A program made the position numbers and the translations under genes. A DNA stretch of 64,000 bases from positions 434,001-498,000 of the forward strand of contig CM052831.1 of NCBI GenBank assembly GCA_028534125.1. Reading direction: 5' to 3'. This stretch comes from Lama glama (Eukaryota). Positions 24,031 through 36,075 of this stretch are shown piece after piece. The notes under the pieces were generated by a model. The model was not told where the DNA came from, ran no database searches, and was given only the letters and a program-made list of their open reading frames with translations. Numbering within the stretch: position 1 is the stretch's first letter; the number at the start of each line of letters is the position of its first letter.

Positions 24031-24424
24031 GACAGAAGCGGTCCCGTGAGGGACAGACCCCTCTCGCCTGCGGACTGTTCGTCCCCATCTGAGTGGCTCC
24101 TGGGTGCAGGGCCCGCTCAGCCAGGCTGGTGTAGGTCCCCTCCTGGAGCCTTCATGCTGGACGAACGTGGAAATAGCAGGTGGTTCAGGACGTTGTCGGT
24201 GTTGCAGGGCTGGGTTTCCTTGGGGCCGGGCCGGGGAGTGGGGGCAGAGGCGGACTTCAGGCCGGAGGGCACAGCCTGGACAGAGCCCTGGACGTGAGGA
24301 GGAGGTGGACCAGCTTGAAGAGGCCAAGGTGCTCCATAGCACAGCGTGGGCAGGAGGGCAGGGAGGGGGGCTGGCCCAGCTGGGCAGCCTAGGGCGCAGG
24401 AGCCCGCACGGTGTCCAGGTCCCG

Positions 24425-24745
24425 GCGAGACTGCTGGGCGCCGCGACACACCTCCTCAAACTGGGCGGCTTCAGTGGAAATTCACTGTCTCGTGGCCTGG
24501 ACCACAGTCCGCAGTCAAGGTGCTGGTCCAGTGAAGGCGCCCAGGGCGGTCCCAGCCCCCCCGCAGCCGGTCACACCTGCCATCTTCTCCCCACCACGTT
24601 GTCCCCTCTTAGAAGACACCAGCACTGTTGGATGGGGGTCCTCCCTGATGAGCTCACTCAACCTAATCACCCCTGCACAGACCCTGTCTCCAGTCAGGCT
24701 ACGTTCTGAGGTCCTGGGTCGGGGCTTGTGTTTTACACCGACACC
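24425..24745 (-). mobile_element. MaLR solo LTR (MLT1B/C-like), GC-shifted
   Basis: caaactgggcggcttca..aaattcactgtctc..cttagaagacaccag..ctcaacctaatcacccctgcacagaccctgtctcc..ttctgaggtcctggg. Confidence 0.7.
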
Positions 24746-27319
24746 GTTGGAGAGTGGCTGGTGTGGGGACAGACCTGTGGGAGGCGATGGCGGAGTGGCG
24801 GGGGCAGGAGGCGTGAGGACCGAGGGTGTGTGGGCGGCCCGAGGTAAACGACACGCTGGGCACAACACTGACCTCTGCTCCTTCCCCAAACCCAGTCAGG
24901 TGAGAGTGAGGACACCAGGGGAGGGGGGACGATGGCCACAAAGCCGTGGGAGCCAGAAGGGGGGACGTGCGCTTAGGGGCAGCGGGGCCTCGGGCAGGGT
25001 CGAGAGCTCCGGGATCAGAGGGGCCCCGCCGCTGGGTGGGGGCAAGGATGGAGAACGGAAGGGCGTGGTCCGGGCCCGGGCCCCTCCACCTGGCCATGCG
25101 GCGGCACCTCCTGCCCCCACAGCAGGCACTCCGGGTCACCACCCATAGAGACTGGAGTGGAGGGGCTCCTGGTGCAGGACAGCACGGGATGCCGGGACAA
25201 GATGAGACCATCCCTGCTGCCCCGGGACAGTTGTGACCCTCTCGGGCGGGAGACGAAGGGCCCTCACCCTGCGAGCACTGGGCCTGGAGGTTCTGCAGTG
25301 CAGTGACTGGGTCGGTCCTTCGGGGGCTGAGCCTGAGGGTGGGGGTGCCTGCTCTGCGCTCTGTGCCCGGGGCCCACCGGTGGGGAGAGTGGCTTCCTCT
25401 CCACGCAATCACCTACCTGCCGCGCTCAGGGGATGCCGCCTGCCTGTTTAGTGACCAAAAGCCAGAAGGCAGCAGAGCCCTGTGGAAAGCAGCTGTGTTT
25501 TCTCCTGGCAGTCGGTGTCTTGGGGGCTTGCCAGAGAGATTTTCCTCTGGCTTTTTTTTTTTAATGAAAAGCTTTCCTGGCAGATGTCTGGAAGCCACGT
25601 CTAGGGCATTGCCAACTACCAGGTAAAGGGCCTGGCTTCCTCCCGTCAGCTGACTGTGTGATTCCACATCTTTGCCGTCAGCTGAGGAGGCCAGCGTCCT
25701 GCCCGCCTCCCACGCTGTGCCCCGCACTGCGCTGTCTCTGGGCCTGGGGCTGCTGTTGGCCCGAGCATGCTATTTCCTACTGGAAACACAGTCTGTCTCT
25801 TGGCTCAAGGTCAGTGCCACCGGAAGGCCGGGGCGGGAACCTGGCCTGGCCGTGCTGCAGCCCCAGCCTTGGGCCATCACCTCGTCCTGGAGCCTCCCCT
25901 GCCGGGAAGGTGGCCTGAGGGGCCCAGCACTGTGTTAGGGCAGGTGAGCCGGCCCAGGGAGCTGGCTGGCAGTGGGGGTATGTCTGTCCTCCTGTTTCTC
26001 TCGTGCAGCCCCTTCCCGACCCTCTGAGCCCCCGTGAGATTGGGAGCCTGGCTGAGGAGCCTGGCCTGTCCCCTTACTGCGATGACCGTGGAGAGCATCG
26101 CCTGTGTCTCTGTGGACAGGTGCTTTGCGACCACGGACGCCTGTCCCCTGCAGAGCCTGGCCCAGCCTGTCATGGGCTCTGTGCTCCATGGGTGCCTGCC
26201 AAGGGCACGCGCGTCCCCTGGAGCGTCCACGTCAGCCTCACAGAGGTGGCCAGTCCCCTCGGAGACGGCTGGCCCGCCTTTTGTTACGTTTATTACCTGC
26301 ACTGATTGTGACTCTATTGTGAATGTAGTTTCTGAGAGGAAAGAAATGAAGGCATGTGAAGCCGCAGCGTATCCGTGTGGGCCCAGTGTTCTCAGATACA
26401 AGTCACCATGGCAACCCGGGGGCCTTTGCAGCTCACCACTCAGGAGGGTGAGCGCTCCCGCCTGCGGATGTGAATGGACCAGCCGCCACCATCCAGCGCT
26501 CGGTGCAGGCAGGCCTCACAACCAGGCTCCCTTCGACCGGGTGGGGGTTGGCAGCCTGGCCCCGGCACCCCACGTCTCTGGGACTGCCTGGCCCTCCAGC
26601 ATTGGGCTCTCGGCATTGCCAGTGGGTCTGAGGAGGCCTCGGTGGGCCGTAGACCGGGATGTCTCCCGTGGGGCTGTGGTCTGCACACCTGCTGGGTCTG
26701 CTCCCAGGCCCACAGGGAGGCCGGGCAGGTGTGAAGGTGGGTGTGTAAAGTTTGATTTGGCAGGTCGGTGTGAAGCGGCGGGGGTGGCGTGGGCAGTTCT
26801 GTCTCAGTGGCCTCCATTCCACTGGCTGTGCCCTTTCTGTAAAGCCAGCCTGTCCCCTGCGCCCCCACCACCCTGCATCACGGTGGGAAGGTGGGCTCGC
26901 AGTCTCCGGTTGTAGGATTATTTTTCCAGAACAAGTGCAGGTACATAGGCCTGGATTCTGACAGCCACCCCGAGGGCTTCTCTGAGCCCGTCAGCTGAGA
27001 ACCGTGTTCGGCCAGGCCTGTTCCCGGGCAGCTTGGCTTCCCGTGTCCACTGTCTGAGGGCAGAGGGCCGGGGTCTTGCATGCTGAGGCAGCCCCAGCTT
27101 TGGTGGAGGCTGCAAGGCTGGAGGCCCTCCCCTGCGTCCCTCCCGAGGAGGGGCTTGTGTGCCGTGAGCCGGGCTCTGCTGCTCTGGGCCCAGCGTCAGC
27201 TGCAGCCTGGAGCCGGGTGGGGACCGGCGGGGACACGTGGAGGCCAGTCGGCCATGCCTTCCCAGTCAGTGCGCCTTAGCCCCGGCCTCCGAGTGGATTG
27301 AGGTCATAGTTGGTCAAGA

Positions 27320-30300
27320 TATTTTTAAAATACATTTTTTTGAGGTGTAACAGGAATTCAGTGACTTCAGGTCAGCAGTAGAGTGCACTTTTGCCCAGGT
27401 GTGCTCGCCACCTGGATGAAGATGCGGTCCCTTCTGTAGCCGCGAGGCTCCCTTGACACCCTCCTGGTCGGCACTGCCCGCGTACGACACGGCCCTGCTC
27501 AGCCACCGTGGGTCGGGCTGCCCTCCTGCACATGGCGTGCACTTTCCTTCCATGTCCTGGTCAGCAGTGGTTTCCTCGTTTCCGACGCTGGGTGGGAATC
27601 CGCTGTCTGCAGAGACCACCACGCACTGACCGACGTGCGGGGGCCATGTCGTGTGTCCAGTCGGGGACTCTGATGAGTGGTGCTGTGACGGGTGTTCTCG
27701 TGCGTGTGTTTTGTGGACATGCCGCTGTCTCTGTGGGGTGTCTGCCCAGAAGCCCAGTGGCCCACTCGCTTTCTAAGGCGCTTGTGCCAGCGCACATTTC
27801 CTCCCGGAGGGTGTGGGCGCTCCGGGGCCCCGCGTCTTGTGGCCATGCCTTGCTGCCCCCTGTTTCATTTGCACTGCTCAGCTACAGAAGCACGGGTTGG
27901 AATCTGCGTTTCCTGATGGAGGTTGAGCCCCTTTCACATGTTCCTTGGCCATTTAGACGACCCTTTGTGAACTGTCACTTCAGATCTTTTGCTCATTAAA
28001 AAAAAAATTGGGTTGTGTTTTTCTATCAGCTTGTAGGAGTTCTTTATATGTTTCGCATCGAGTCCTTTGCCGAAAATACGTAATGCGGGTTCCCTCTCCC
28101 GGGCTGGGGCCTACACTTCACTCTCGGTAATCGCTTGCTGAGTCCCGTTTATCACACTCCTTTTACGTTTAATCCTTTACGTTTCCTGCTTAGAACCTCT
28201 TGGCCTCCACTGTGGTCATGAAGATATTTGTCGTTGTTCACTGTTTGCTTCCAGAAGCACTTAAAAAACCCAGCCTTTTGTGGATGTAAATCACATTCCG
28301 TAAGGTTCACGCTTTTAAGGTGTACTAGTTATTATTTTTAGTATAGTCGTAGAATTCTGCAGGCATCATCTCTGATTCTAGAACGGTTCACACTGTCCCC
28401 CCAGGCCATCACCACTAGCAGTGGCTCCCTGGCGCCCGGCCCCTGGAAACCATCCATCTAGTCTCTGCATCTGTGGTTGCCTGTTCTGGACATTTCACAA
28501 ATGGAGTCGGTAACACACGGCCTTTGTGTCTGGCTTCTTTAACTGAGCGTAGTTTTCAAAGTTCATTGTAGTGTGGCGTGTATCAGTCAGTGTCTCATTC
28601 CTTTTTATGGCTGAGTAACACTCCACTGTGTGGGTGGACCACGTCTTGTCTGTTCATCAGCTGATGGCATTTGGCTTCCTGTGAGTAACGCTTGTAAGAA
28701 CATTCACAAATGAGGTCTTGTGGGACATGTGTTTTCAGTTCCCCTGTACTGTCGTTACCTGGTAGGATCACACGGAGGCGGTAACTCTCACCTTCCACCC
28801 TTGAGGTCCGGCCAGACTCTTCCAGAGCGGCCGCAGCACTTTGTGTCCCCAGCAGTGTGAGGGCCCCTCCGGATCCCTCCTGACGACGGCCACTCTGGTG
28901 GGTGTGAGTGGCGCCTCTGCGGGGCTTTGGTTTCTGTTTCCCCGGTGGTCAGTGATGCCCAGCGTCTTCATGGCTTCTTGGCCTCTGTGTGTCTTCTTTG
29001 AAGAGATGTCTGTTTAGACCCTTTGCCCTGTTAGCTTACTTACCCTTTTCCTTTTGAGTTGTCGGAGTCCTTCATGCATTCTGGACGCGAGTCTCTTAGG
29101 AGATGCACGATTTGCAGACACTTCCACCCGCTCTGAGGGCGCCTTTTCACTTTCGTGATGGTGTCCCTTGAAACACAGGATTTTTCCGTTTTGATGAACT
29201 TCAGTGTATGTTTTTTCTTTAGTTGTTATGCTTTTGGTGTCATAGCTAAGATCCACTGCCAAACTGAAAATCACGGAGATCAACCCCTGCATTTTCTCCT
29301 AAGGATACTCTAGTCTTAGCTCTGAAAGTTAGGTCTCTGACCATGTTAAGTTTCTCTCTGTGGTGTGAGGTAGGAGACCAGCGTCCTTTGCACGTGGATG
29401 TCCTGGTATGTTCGCATCATCAGTTGAGAGACGTTCCTTCCCCATCGAGTGGACTTGGCACGCGTGTTAAAATCAGTTGACTGCAAGTGTAAGGGTTTGT
29501 TTCTGGACTCTGCATCCATCCCTCTGTCTGTACGTCTGTCAGCACCATGCCGTCTCGCTGCCTCGGCGTCGCTGTGGGTTTGAAGTCAAGAGATGTGAAT
29601 CCTCTAACTTTGTTCTTTTCCCGACTCCTTTGACTGTTGGGGTCCCTCGAGATTCTGTGTGGATTTTCAGATGGATTTTGATGGTTCTGCAGAAGAGAAA
29701 AGGCGGCTGAGATTTTGATAGAGACTGCACTGATACTGTGTTTCAATTTTAAAAGATCGTTCTCATTCAGGTCTCTAGTCCATGGTGAGTTAGATTTTGT
29801 GTGAGGTGTCGCGTGGGGGTCGTCTACTAGACAGGCCCTTCTTCCCCCACCGTTCAGCCGGGGGACCGCTGTCATTGGTCGCATGGCTGTGCGGGAGGCG
29901 GCAGCTCTGGCCTCTTTTCTGCTCGGCCGTCCCCCCGCCCCCCTGTCTCCCCGCGTGTCCATCCCCCCGTCCCCCGTCTCCCCACGTGTCGTTCCCCCCG
30001 CCCCCCGTCTCCCCACGTGTCTGTCTCCAGGCCTCTCGGCCGTGTCTCCTGGGTTTCTGTGCAGGGGTCCCAGACCTTTCTGGCAGATCCCTTCCTGTGT
30101 GCTTTATGCTTTTCGATGTGAACGAACGTGGTATTGGTTTTCACTCCGTCTCACCTATTTTGTATTTATTTCTGTATTTATGTGTAGGAACAGGGTTAGT
30201 TTTTATAAACTGACCTTGCCTTCTGCAGCCCTCATAAACTTGCCTCTCGGTTCACGTACTGCTGTGTGGTTTGCTCACGTGTTCTGCCCACAGTCGTGTC

Positions 30301-30670
30301 CGCCGAGTGTCGTGGCAGGTTTACTCTTCCCTTCCCAGCTCAAAGGTGGGAATTCTTTAAAAGTTCACTTCTCCTCTTGACTCTTTGCACTGGCTGTGCC
30401 TCCAGGGCAGCTGTGACTAGAAATGGTCGCCATGGGCGGTGCAGCCTTGGCTGAGGACGGAGGGGAGGACGGGCAGCATTTCACCGCCAGTGCGACGTCA
30501 GTGCGGGATTTCGCAGGGACTCTGCCAGGTCTCTGTGCTAAGCTGCTGAGTTTCGTTGTGACTGCGCGTTGAATTTTACCGATGCCTTCCTGAGCCTGCT
30601 CGTGACCGTGCGTCCCCTTCGTTCCACTGATGTGGTGAGTTGTGACCGGCTGTTTCAAAGCCAAGATGAC
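27320..30670 (-). mobile_element. Cluster of at least two nested antisense L1 3' UTR/ORF2 fragments
   Basis: Two separate 3' ends (~27330 and ~28270). Minus-strand peptides include SPETNPYTCSQLIL and ISAVSIKISAAF. Confidence 0.85.
29931..30021. repeat. C-rich 31-32 bp tandem repeat x3 within L1
   Basis: CCCCCCGYCCCCYGTCTCCCCRCGTGTC repeated three times. Confidence 0.85.
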
Positions 30671-30914
30671 TGGGGTGAACTCTAGTGCAGTGGCGCTTGT
30701 CCTTGCTGGGAACGGCTCTGACAGCCCCTTCCGGGCCACGGCCGCACGTCCACTCCCACCTGGGCCTGGTTTGTGCAGAAGAGCCTGGGGGATCCCACCA
30801 GGGCCTCATGGTGGGGGGAGCCGAGAGTTCTCGGGGGCCCATGGGGAGGACACCTCGACTGGGGGCTCCGGGAGGGACCTGCAGGGTGAGGCTTGTCAAC
30901 AAGTAGAGGATGTT

Positions 30915-30957
30915 GGGGTGGGGGGCAGCGGGGTGGGGGGCAGCGGGGTGGGGGGCA
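30915..30957 (+). repeat. (GGGGTGGGGGGCAGC)x3; potential G-quadruplex
   Basis: Six G-runs of 4-6 nt with 1-4 nt loops. Confidence 0.9.
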
Positions 30958-31829
30958 CCCAGCAGGGAGAGGCGGGACCGGAGAGGGACTGAATGAGACT
31001 GGGTGTGAGCGGGAACCGCATATTCAGGCATCGAAAGCCGTTTTAAAGATAACTTGGACTTGATTCCCTGCACTTGTGGCTCCACCGAAGGCTCCTCCTT
31101 GGGTGTGTGTTTCGGGAGCTGGCTCTCGCTGCAGGCACTGTGAAGCGTGTTCCCGAGTGGAGCGGGGCTGGGGGCTGGGGACTGGGGTGGGGGGCAGCTC
31201 CCAGCTGTGAGGCCGGAGCAGGTCCTGAGCCAGGACGCTGGGGATTAGGCGAAGCTGGGTGTGGAGCCTGTGGTGGGAACATGTCGGCGCTGGTGAGCGA
31301 TGAGAAGTGGGGGGAGCTGCAGTGGAAGCAGGAGTGGGGCCTTGACTGCCCCCACCCCCGCCCTGGCTGCAGCAACCCCCGGAGCGCCTCCCCGCAGCCT
31401 CAGCCCTCGGTGCCTCAGGGCCGGGCCGGGGAAGAGACTGGTCCGAGTTTGGGGCAGGTTCCCACTGCGCTGGTGCCGCTCCCAGTGCGTCTCCTCGCGG
31501 GGGAGCTGCGCCCTCCCCTCTGGGGCAGTGCTGTCCTCCGTGTACGACCGGTGCCTGTGCCCCGACGCCACCCAGGTTCTTGGGTGGGAAACCGTAGGAA
31601 CCAGCTCACCTGAATGAAAGGGCATGCGTTGGCGGGATCCTGGTGACCCCAGACCTGGTCACCCTACAGTCTGGATGGGGCCGGACACTGGCTGTTTTCA
31701 CCTCTGGTGCCTCTGCTCTGGTGCCCTTTCCCAGAAGAGAGCGCGCCTCCTCCCAGGTGGCCGCCCACCCCTGCGACACCCGCTGCATCTCCTGCTCCCT
31801 CCCTCGGGCCCGGCAGGAGGTGATCAGCT

Positions 31830-32230
31830 CTGTTGGTCTCCCTCAAACCCACGTGTGACTTGGTTGGTTTTCTCTGTTGTTTGCTTTCTGGGTCGTTGAT
31901 TTCCACTCCTGTTTTTATTATTCCCTTTCTTCCACTTGCTTTGGCTTTAATTACCTGGTTTTGTTTGTTTTCCCAGCGTCTGAGGGTGGACCGCGGATCG
32001 TGGACGGGGCGTCCACGATCCACCTGTAAGCCGTCAGGTTCCCTCTGGTGACCGTTTCAGCGCGCAGGGTGGGTGGGCCGGGGGCACCGGAGGTGTGGGC
32101 AGATTCACCTGCAGGACTGGGGCTCTTCCTTTGGGGGCCTCCCCTCACTCTCCACCATACCCCGAACACAGATTTCTGATTTTCTCTGGTTTCTGGATAA
32201 GTTCTCGGGAAAACCTAGCAACACGGTGTC
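31830..32230 (-). mobile_element. L1 ORF2 fragment
   Basis: ttgatttccactcctgtttttattattccctttcttccacttgctttggctttaatt is typical antisense ORF2 sequence. Confidence 0.65.
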
Positions 32231-35200
32231 CCACAGGCTCCTGCCTGTGTTCGTCGTCCTCTGGGGCCTCCGGGGGGTCTTTGGAACTTTGTCCGGAGCT
32301 CACCAGGGCAGTCGGCCAGGAGGAGCCATTCAGCCACGTGGGCAGTTGGCCTCCCACTGTGCCGCCTCTGTCACTGGCCGTGGGTCTCCAGCTGACTGTG
32401 GGGGCCAGATGCAGGGTTCCCCCCCGGCTCAGCTGCCCCCGTGAGCTGAGACCCCCACCCTGTTGCCCCTCAGACCTGGCTCTCCAGCCCCCCCCACACA
32501 CCGCCTAGCTGTGAACGCATTCCCCCTGGTCTGTAGTCTCCCTCCTTAGACGCCTCGTCCGGGTCACAACCAGCCAGTGCCACCTCCTCTCTGAATTTTC
32601 TCAGCCTCCTGAGGCCTGGCGCCTGGTCTCCTCCTCGGGCACCCTGTGTGGTACGTCAAGTGCTGTCTCTCTCCCCGGCTGAGGTAGTGGTGGCAACCTT
32701 GTCTCTGGTCCAGCCTGGGGCCCAGCTGGTCACTCGGGTCGACAGGAGGTTGGTCAGCAGAGGGCGGGCCTGGGGCCGGGGGCTGCCTTCCCTTGTTGGC
32801 TTCTGCTGGGCTCGCCAGACGTACCCTGCATCCACCGGGCCGAGAAGCTGGTCTGCGGTCAGTAGGTCAACTTCTGACTCATTCAGGAGAGGGGAGACCT
32901 CAGCAAGCCTGAGGAGGCCGGCAGGTCGGCCACCCGTACCCCCAGCCCTGCCATCAGGAAGGAGAGTGTCTGGCCTGATGTCGGGGTGCGCTTGACCCTG
33001 GTGAGAGGTGGCTGTGGGACACGCCTGTGAGGGGCTCCCTTTGGGGGTGTCGGAGCTGCCTCTGTTTCGGGACCTTCCTGCAGGAAGGATGGGAAGCGTG
33101 GTAAGTGCTCTTCGAAGGTCTGCAAGGACACGAGGCCAACAGCTGTCGACCGAGAAGAGGGAAAGGGCCTTAGGACTTGTGCTCTCGTGACCGGGGGCTG
33201 TTCCCGTGTGACTCAGTGCTCGCTGCGGCGAGGGGGGAACAGAGGCACCGAGGGCCGGGCCGCGTTCCCACAGCCCACGCGTGGCGGGTGCCGCAGAGGG
33301 GCTGTCTGGCTGGAGGACCTGGATGCGGGGCTGAGGTGTCTGCTGGCTTGCGGTGACACCTGGACGGATGCTTCCGTGTCCCCTGCCCTCGTCTGTGCCA
33401 GGCTGACTGCCAGCAGCGGGGCCACCCGGAGCTTCAGGACCGTGTCCCGCATGTCCTGGCCCGTGCGCGTGTCTGGAGGCTGCTTCTGAGCATCTGTGGA
33501 GTGAGGTTGCGGGGGCCCCCCCTGCACACATGAGCTGCTGGCCTCCTGCTGGGGCTCAGCACCGTGAAGTCCGCAGGGCGGACTCGACAGGGAGAAGGTC
33601 TCTCTCCCCTTCACCAAGAGGAGGAGGCAGGGCGGCTGGAGGATCTGTGGTCCCTGGTCACTGTTGTCCCCCCCTTGTGATGCGCCCGGGGCAGAACTCA
33701 TGTGGCAGGTCCTGGTGGCCTGACCTGTTCAGGGTGCCTGTGTGGGGACCAGAATGGCCAGAGCCAGCCAAGTTAGGGCCCCCGCAGGCCTGGGAGAGGG
33801 ATGACAGGCTGTGCGGGGAGGCTCCCCCTGCCATGGTGTGCGGTGTGGGTGGGGTGGGGAGAGTCCTCTTCCCCGCCTTTCACTTCCTGGACGTCACTTA
33901 GGTCCAGCAGTCAGGCCCGCCCTCCAGTTGTGCTGGGTGCCCCTCCAGGGGTGAAAGTTCAGCGGGCCAGAAAAGGCACAGAGACACGGTCCCCACAGGT
34001 GTGAAGTAGTCAGTCCCTGGCACGTGTGGGCACACACACGTGTGCACACGCATGCCCGCACAGATGTGCACCGGTGCACACTCCTTCCAGCTCTGAGCAG
34101 AGTGGAAGCCCTGCGCTCACTCCTGGGACCCTCTCTTAAGGGGCCGCGGGGGCAGGCGGTTTCCTTCTGGGACCGGGGTGCACACTGCACTTTCTGGGGA
34201 CATCTTGCCTCCTTCCTTGGCCTGGGCGCCGAAGCCTCTGGGTCTTTCCAGAAACTCGACAACTCTCTGAAGGGTGGAGGATTGTGCTGTCACAGACGGG
34301 GCAGACGTGCTGGGTCTGGCGATGGCTGAACAGCGGCAGCTTCTAGAGGAACTGACCTGGGGCCTCATCGTGGTGCTTCTCTGCCGGAGGACTTCTGGGA
34401 GCGTGGCTCCGGGTTGGACGACCCTGAGCTCTGGCCCCGCCCTGCTGTTGTGCAACTGTGGGAGTTCAGGGTCTTCACCGGCATCCACGCGTGGACGTGG
34501 CAGTGATGGTGACTGGCTCTCTGTTGGGAGTAAGGAGGGGGCCTCCTGAGGAGGCTCCTGGAGGTCACAGGGTGGCTTGGGGCTGAGCTGTGCGTCTGAC
34601 AACTTGCACGTGTAAGCGTACGTCATCACGCGTGCGCGCTGCCTGCCCGCCGGGTTCCGTGCCAGACACACAGAAGGGACTCAGCTCCTCCCATGAATCC
34701 CCATGTTTGCAGAGGGATCAGTGGATCGCGTAGTATGATAACAGTTAGAATTTCTAATTATAAAACGTGTTTAAGTGTAACAGGAGCACAGGTGGGAGAA
34801 ATAGTTGTTTGGATGAGAGGGAAGAAGATGCTGCAGTCAGGCCTCGACTGCAGCCATGGAAACCAGCCGCGGCTACCGAGGGCAGAGGGGACGGTTGGGA
34901 GGGATGCTGGGGGCTGAGACTCGGGGGCGTGGCTGTCAGGGCCCGAGCCAGGCGCGTCCCCACCAGTCTTCCCACTTAGAAGCAGGGCAGCACCCCCGCT
35001 GCCCCGACCCAGGCGGGATTGCGGAGGGGCTGCCAGAGGGCTGGACTGGGGCCAGGACAGTCGAAGCCCACGGAGCATGTGGGCAGGGCCTTGGAGAGTC
35101 TGCAGGGCTGGCAGGCAGGGTGTGGGAATAGGCACTTCTGGCAAAGGACAGTAGGAGCCAAAGGAAGCGCCGTGTCTGCGGAGCCGAGGCGGGTTCTAGA

Positions 35201-36019
35201 AGGGCGGTGCAGGGCCTCATCCCCGTGGCCCCCGAGGGCCAGGCAGGGCTTACGGGTGGGCCTGCAGTCTGAGCAGCGTTCTGATTGCCCCTGCGTGATG
35301 GCTCGTCTCTGGGAGGCGCCAGGGCCCCTGGCCGGCCCCGGAGGCTGTTCCGAGCTCTCGGGGGAGGGGGAGGAGGGGGACAGTGCTGCCCAGAGCCCAG
35401 TCTCTCTGAGAGGCACCAAACACAGCCCCTGCCTGCTGAAGGTCACGGTCGTGGGCGTGACCTGGGCCCAGCCGCCTGCTTCTCCGACTGCTTCACCGCA
35501 GGGTGTGCTGCAGAACGTCTGAGCGGACGGGGAGGGCGGCTCTGGAATCCTCGGCACCAGGAGCCCCCATCCCACCAGCGCTGCCCTCTGACCCGGAGCT
35601 GGGCTGTCCCCTCACGTGGTGTTGGAGCCGTGGCTCTGAACTCTGGTACTTGCAGCTGTGTGAAAAGCAGCCGACAGCAAGTCGAACGGTGCGCCTCCCT
35701 CCCCAGCTCCGTCTTTCCATCCTGCAGATCTGAGCTCGGGGAGCACACTGCCCAGCTCTGCTTACGTCCAGTGGCGCCTGGTTCCCTGCTCTCGGGCCAG
35801 GTTCCTTTCTCTGTCGCTGCTTTCTGCAGGTGCTGGGCTGGGAGGCTGCGTGTTATTTCCTCTGCAAACCTCTCCTTGCTGCCTTCACGCGGCTGTCACG
35901 ACTGCGCTGATGCTCGGTGCGCCCAGGCCGCCGGTCTTGGTGCGCGGAGCGGTAATCAGGCCATCCTTCTGGGCCGCAGCCTTCCAGTTCGGCGTTTATG
36001 AACTGGAGTTAAAAAATAA

Positions 36020-36075
36020 ATAAGTCAGATCGCATCACTCTCCTGCTTAAAGCTCTCCAGTGGCTTCCCCGCTGG
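36020..36075 (+). mobile_element. L2 fragment
   Basis: aagtcagatcgcatcactctcctgcttaaagctctccagtggcttccc is a hallmark L2 3' motif. Confidence 0.6.

Noticed and set aside
26034-26915. 293-aa plus-strand ORF, and similarly long ORFs at 32656-33531, 56353-57117, 21558-22310 and 24411-25148
   Set aside because: Pro/Gly/Arg/Ala-rich, overlapping on both strands and with no recognisable domain. Expected by chance in GC-rich, stop-poor intronic DNA.
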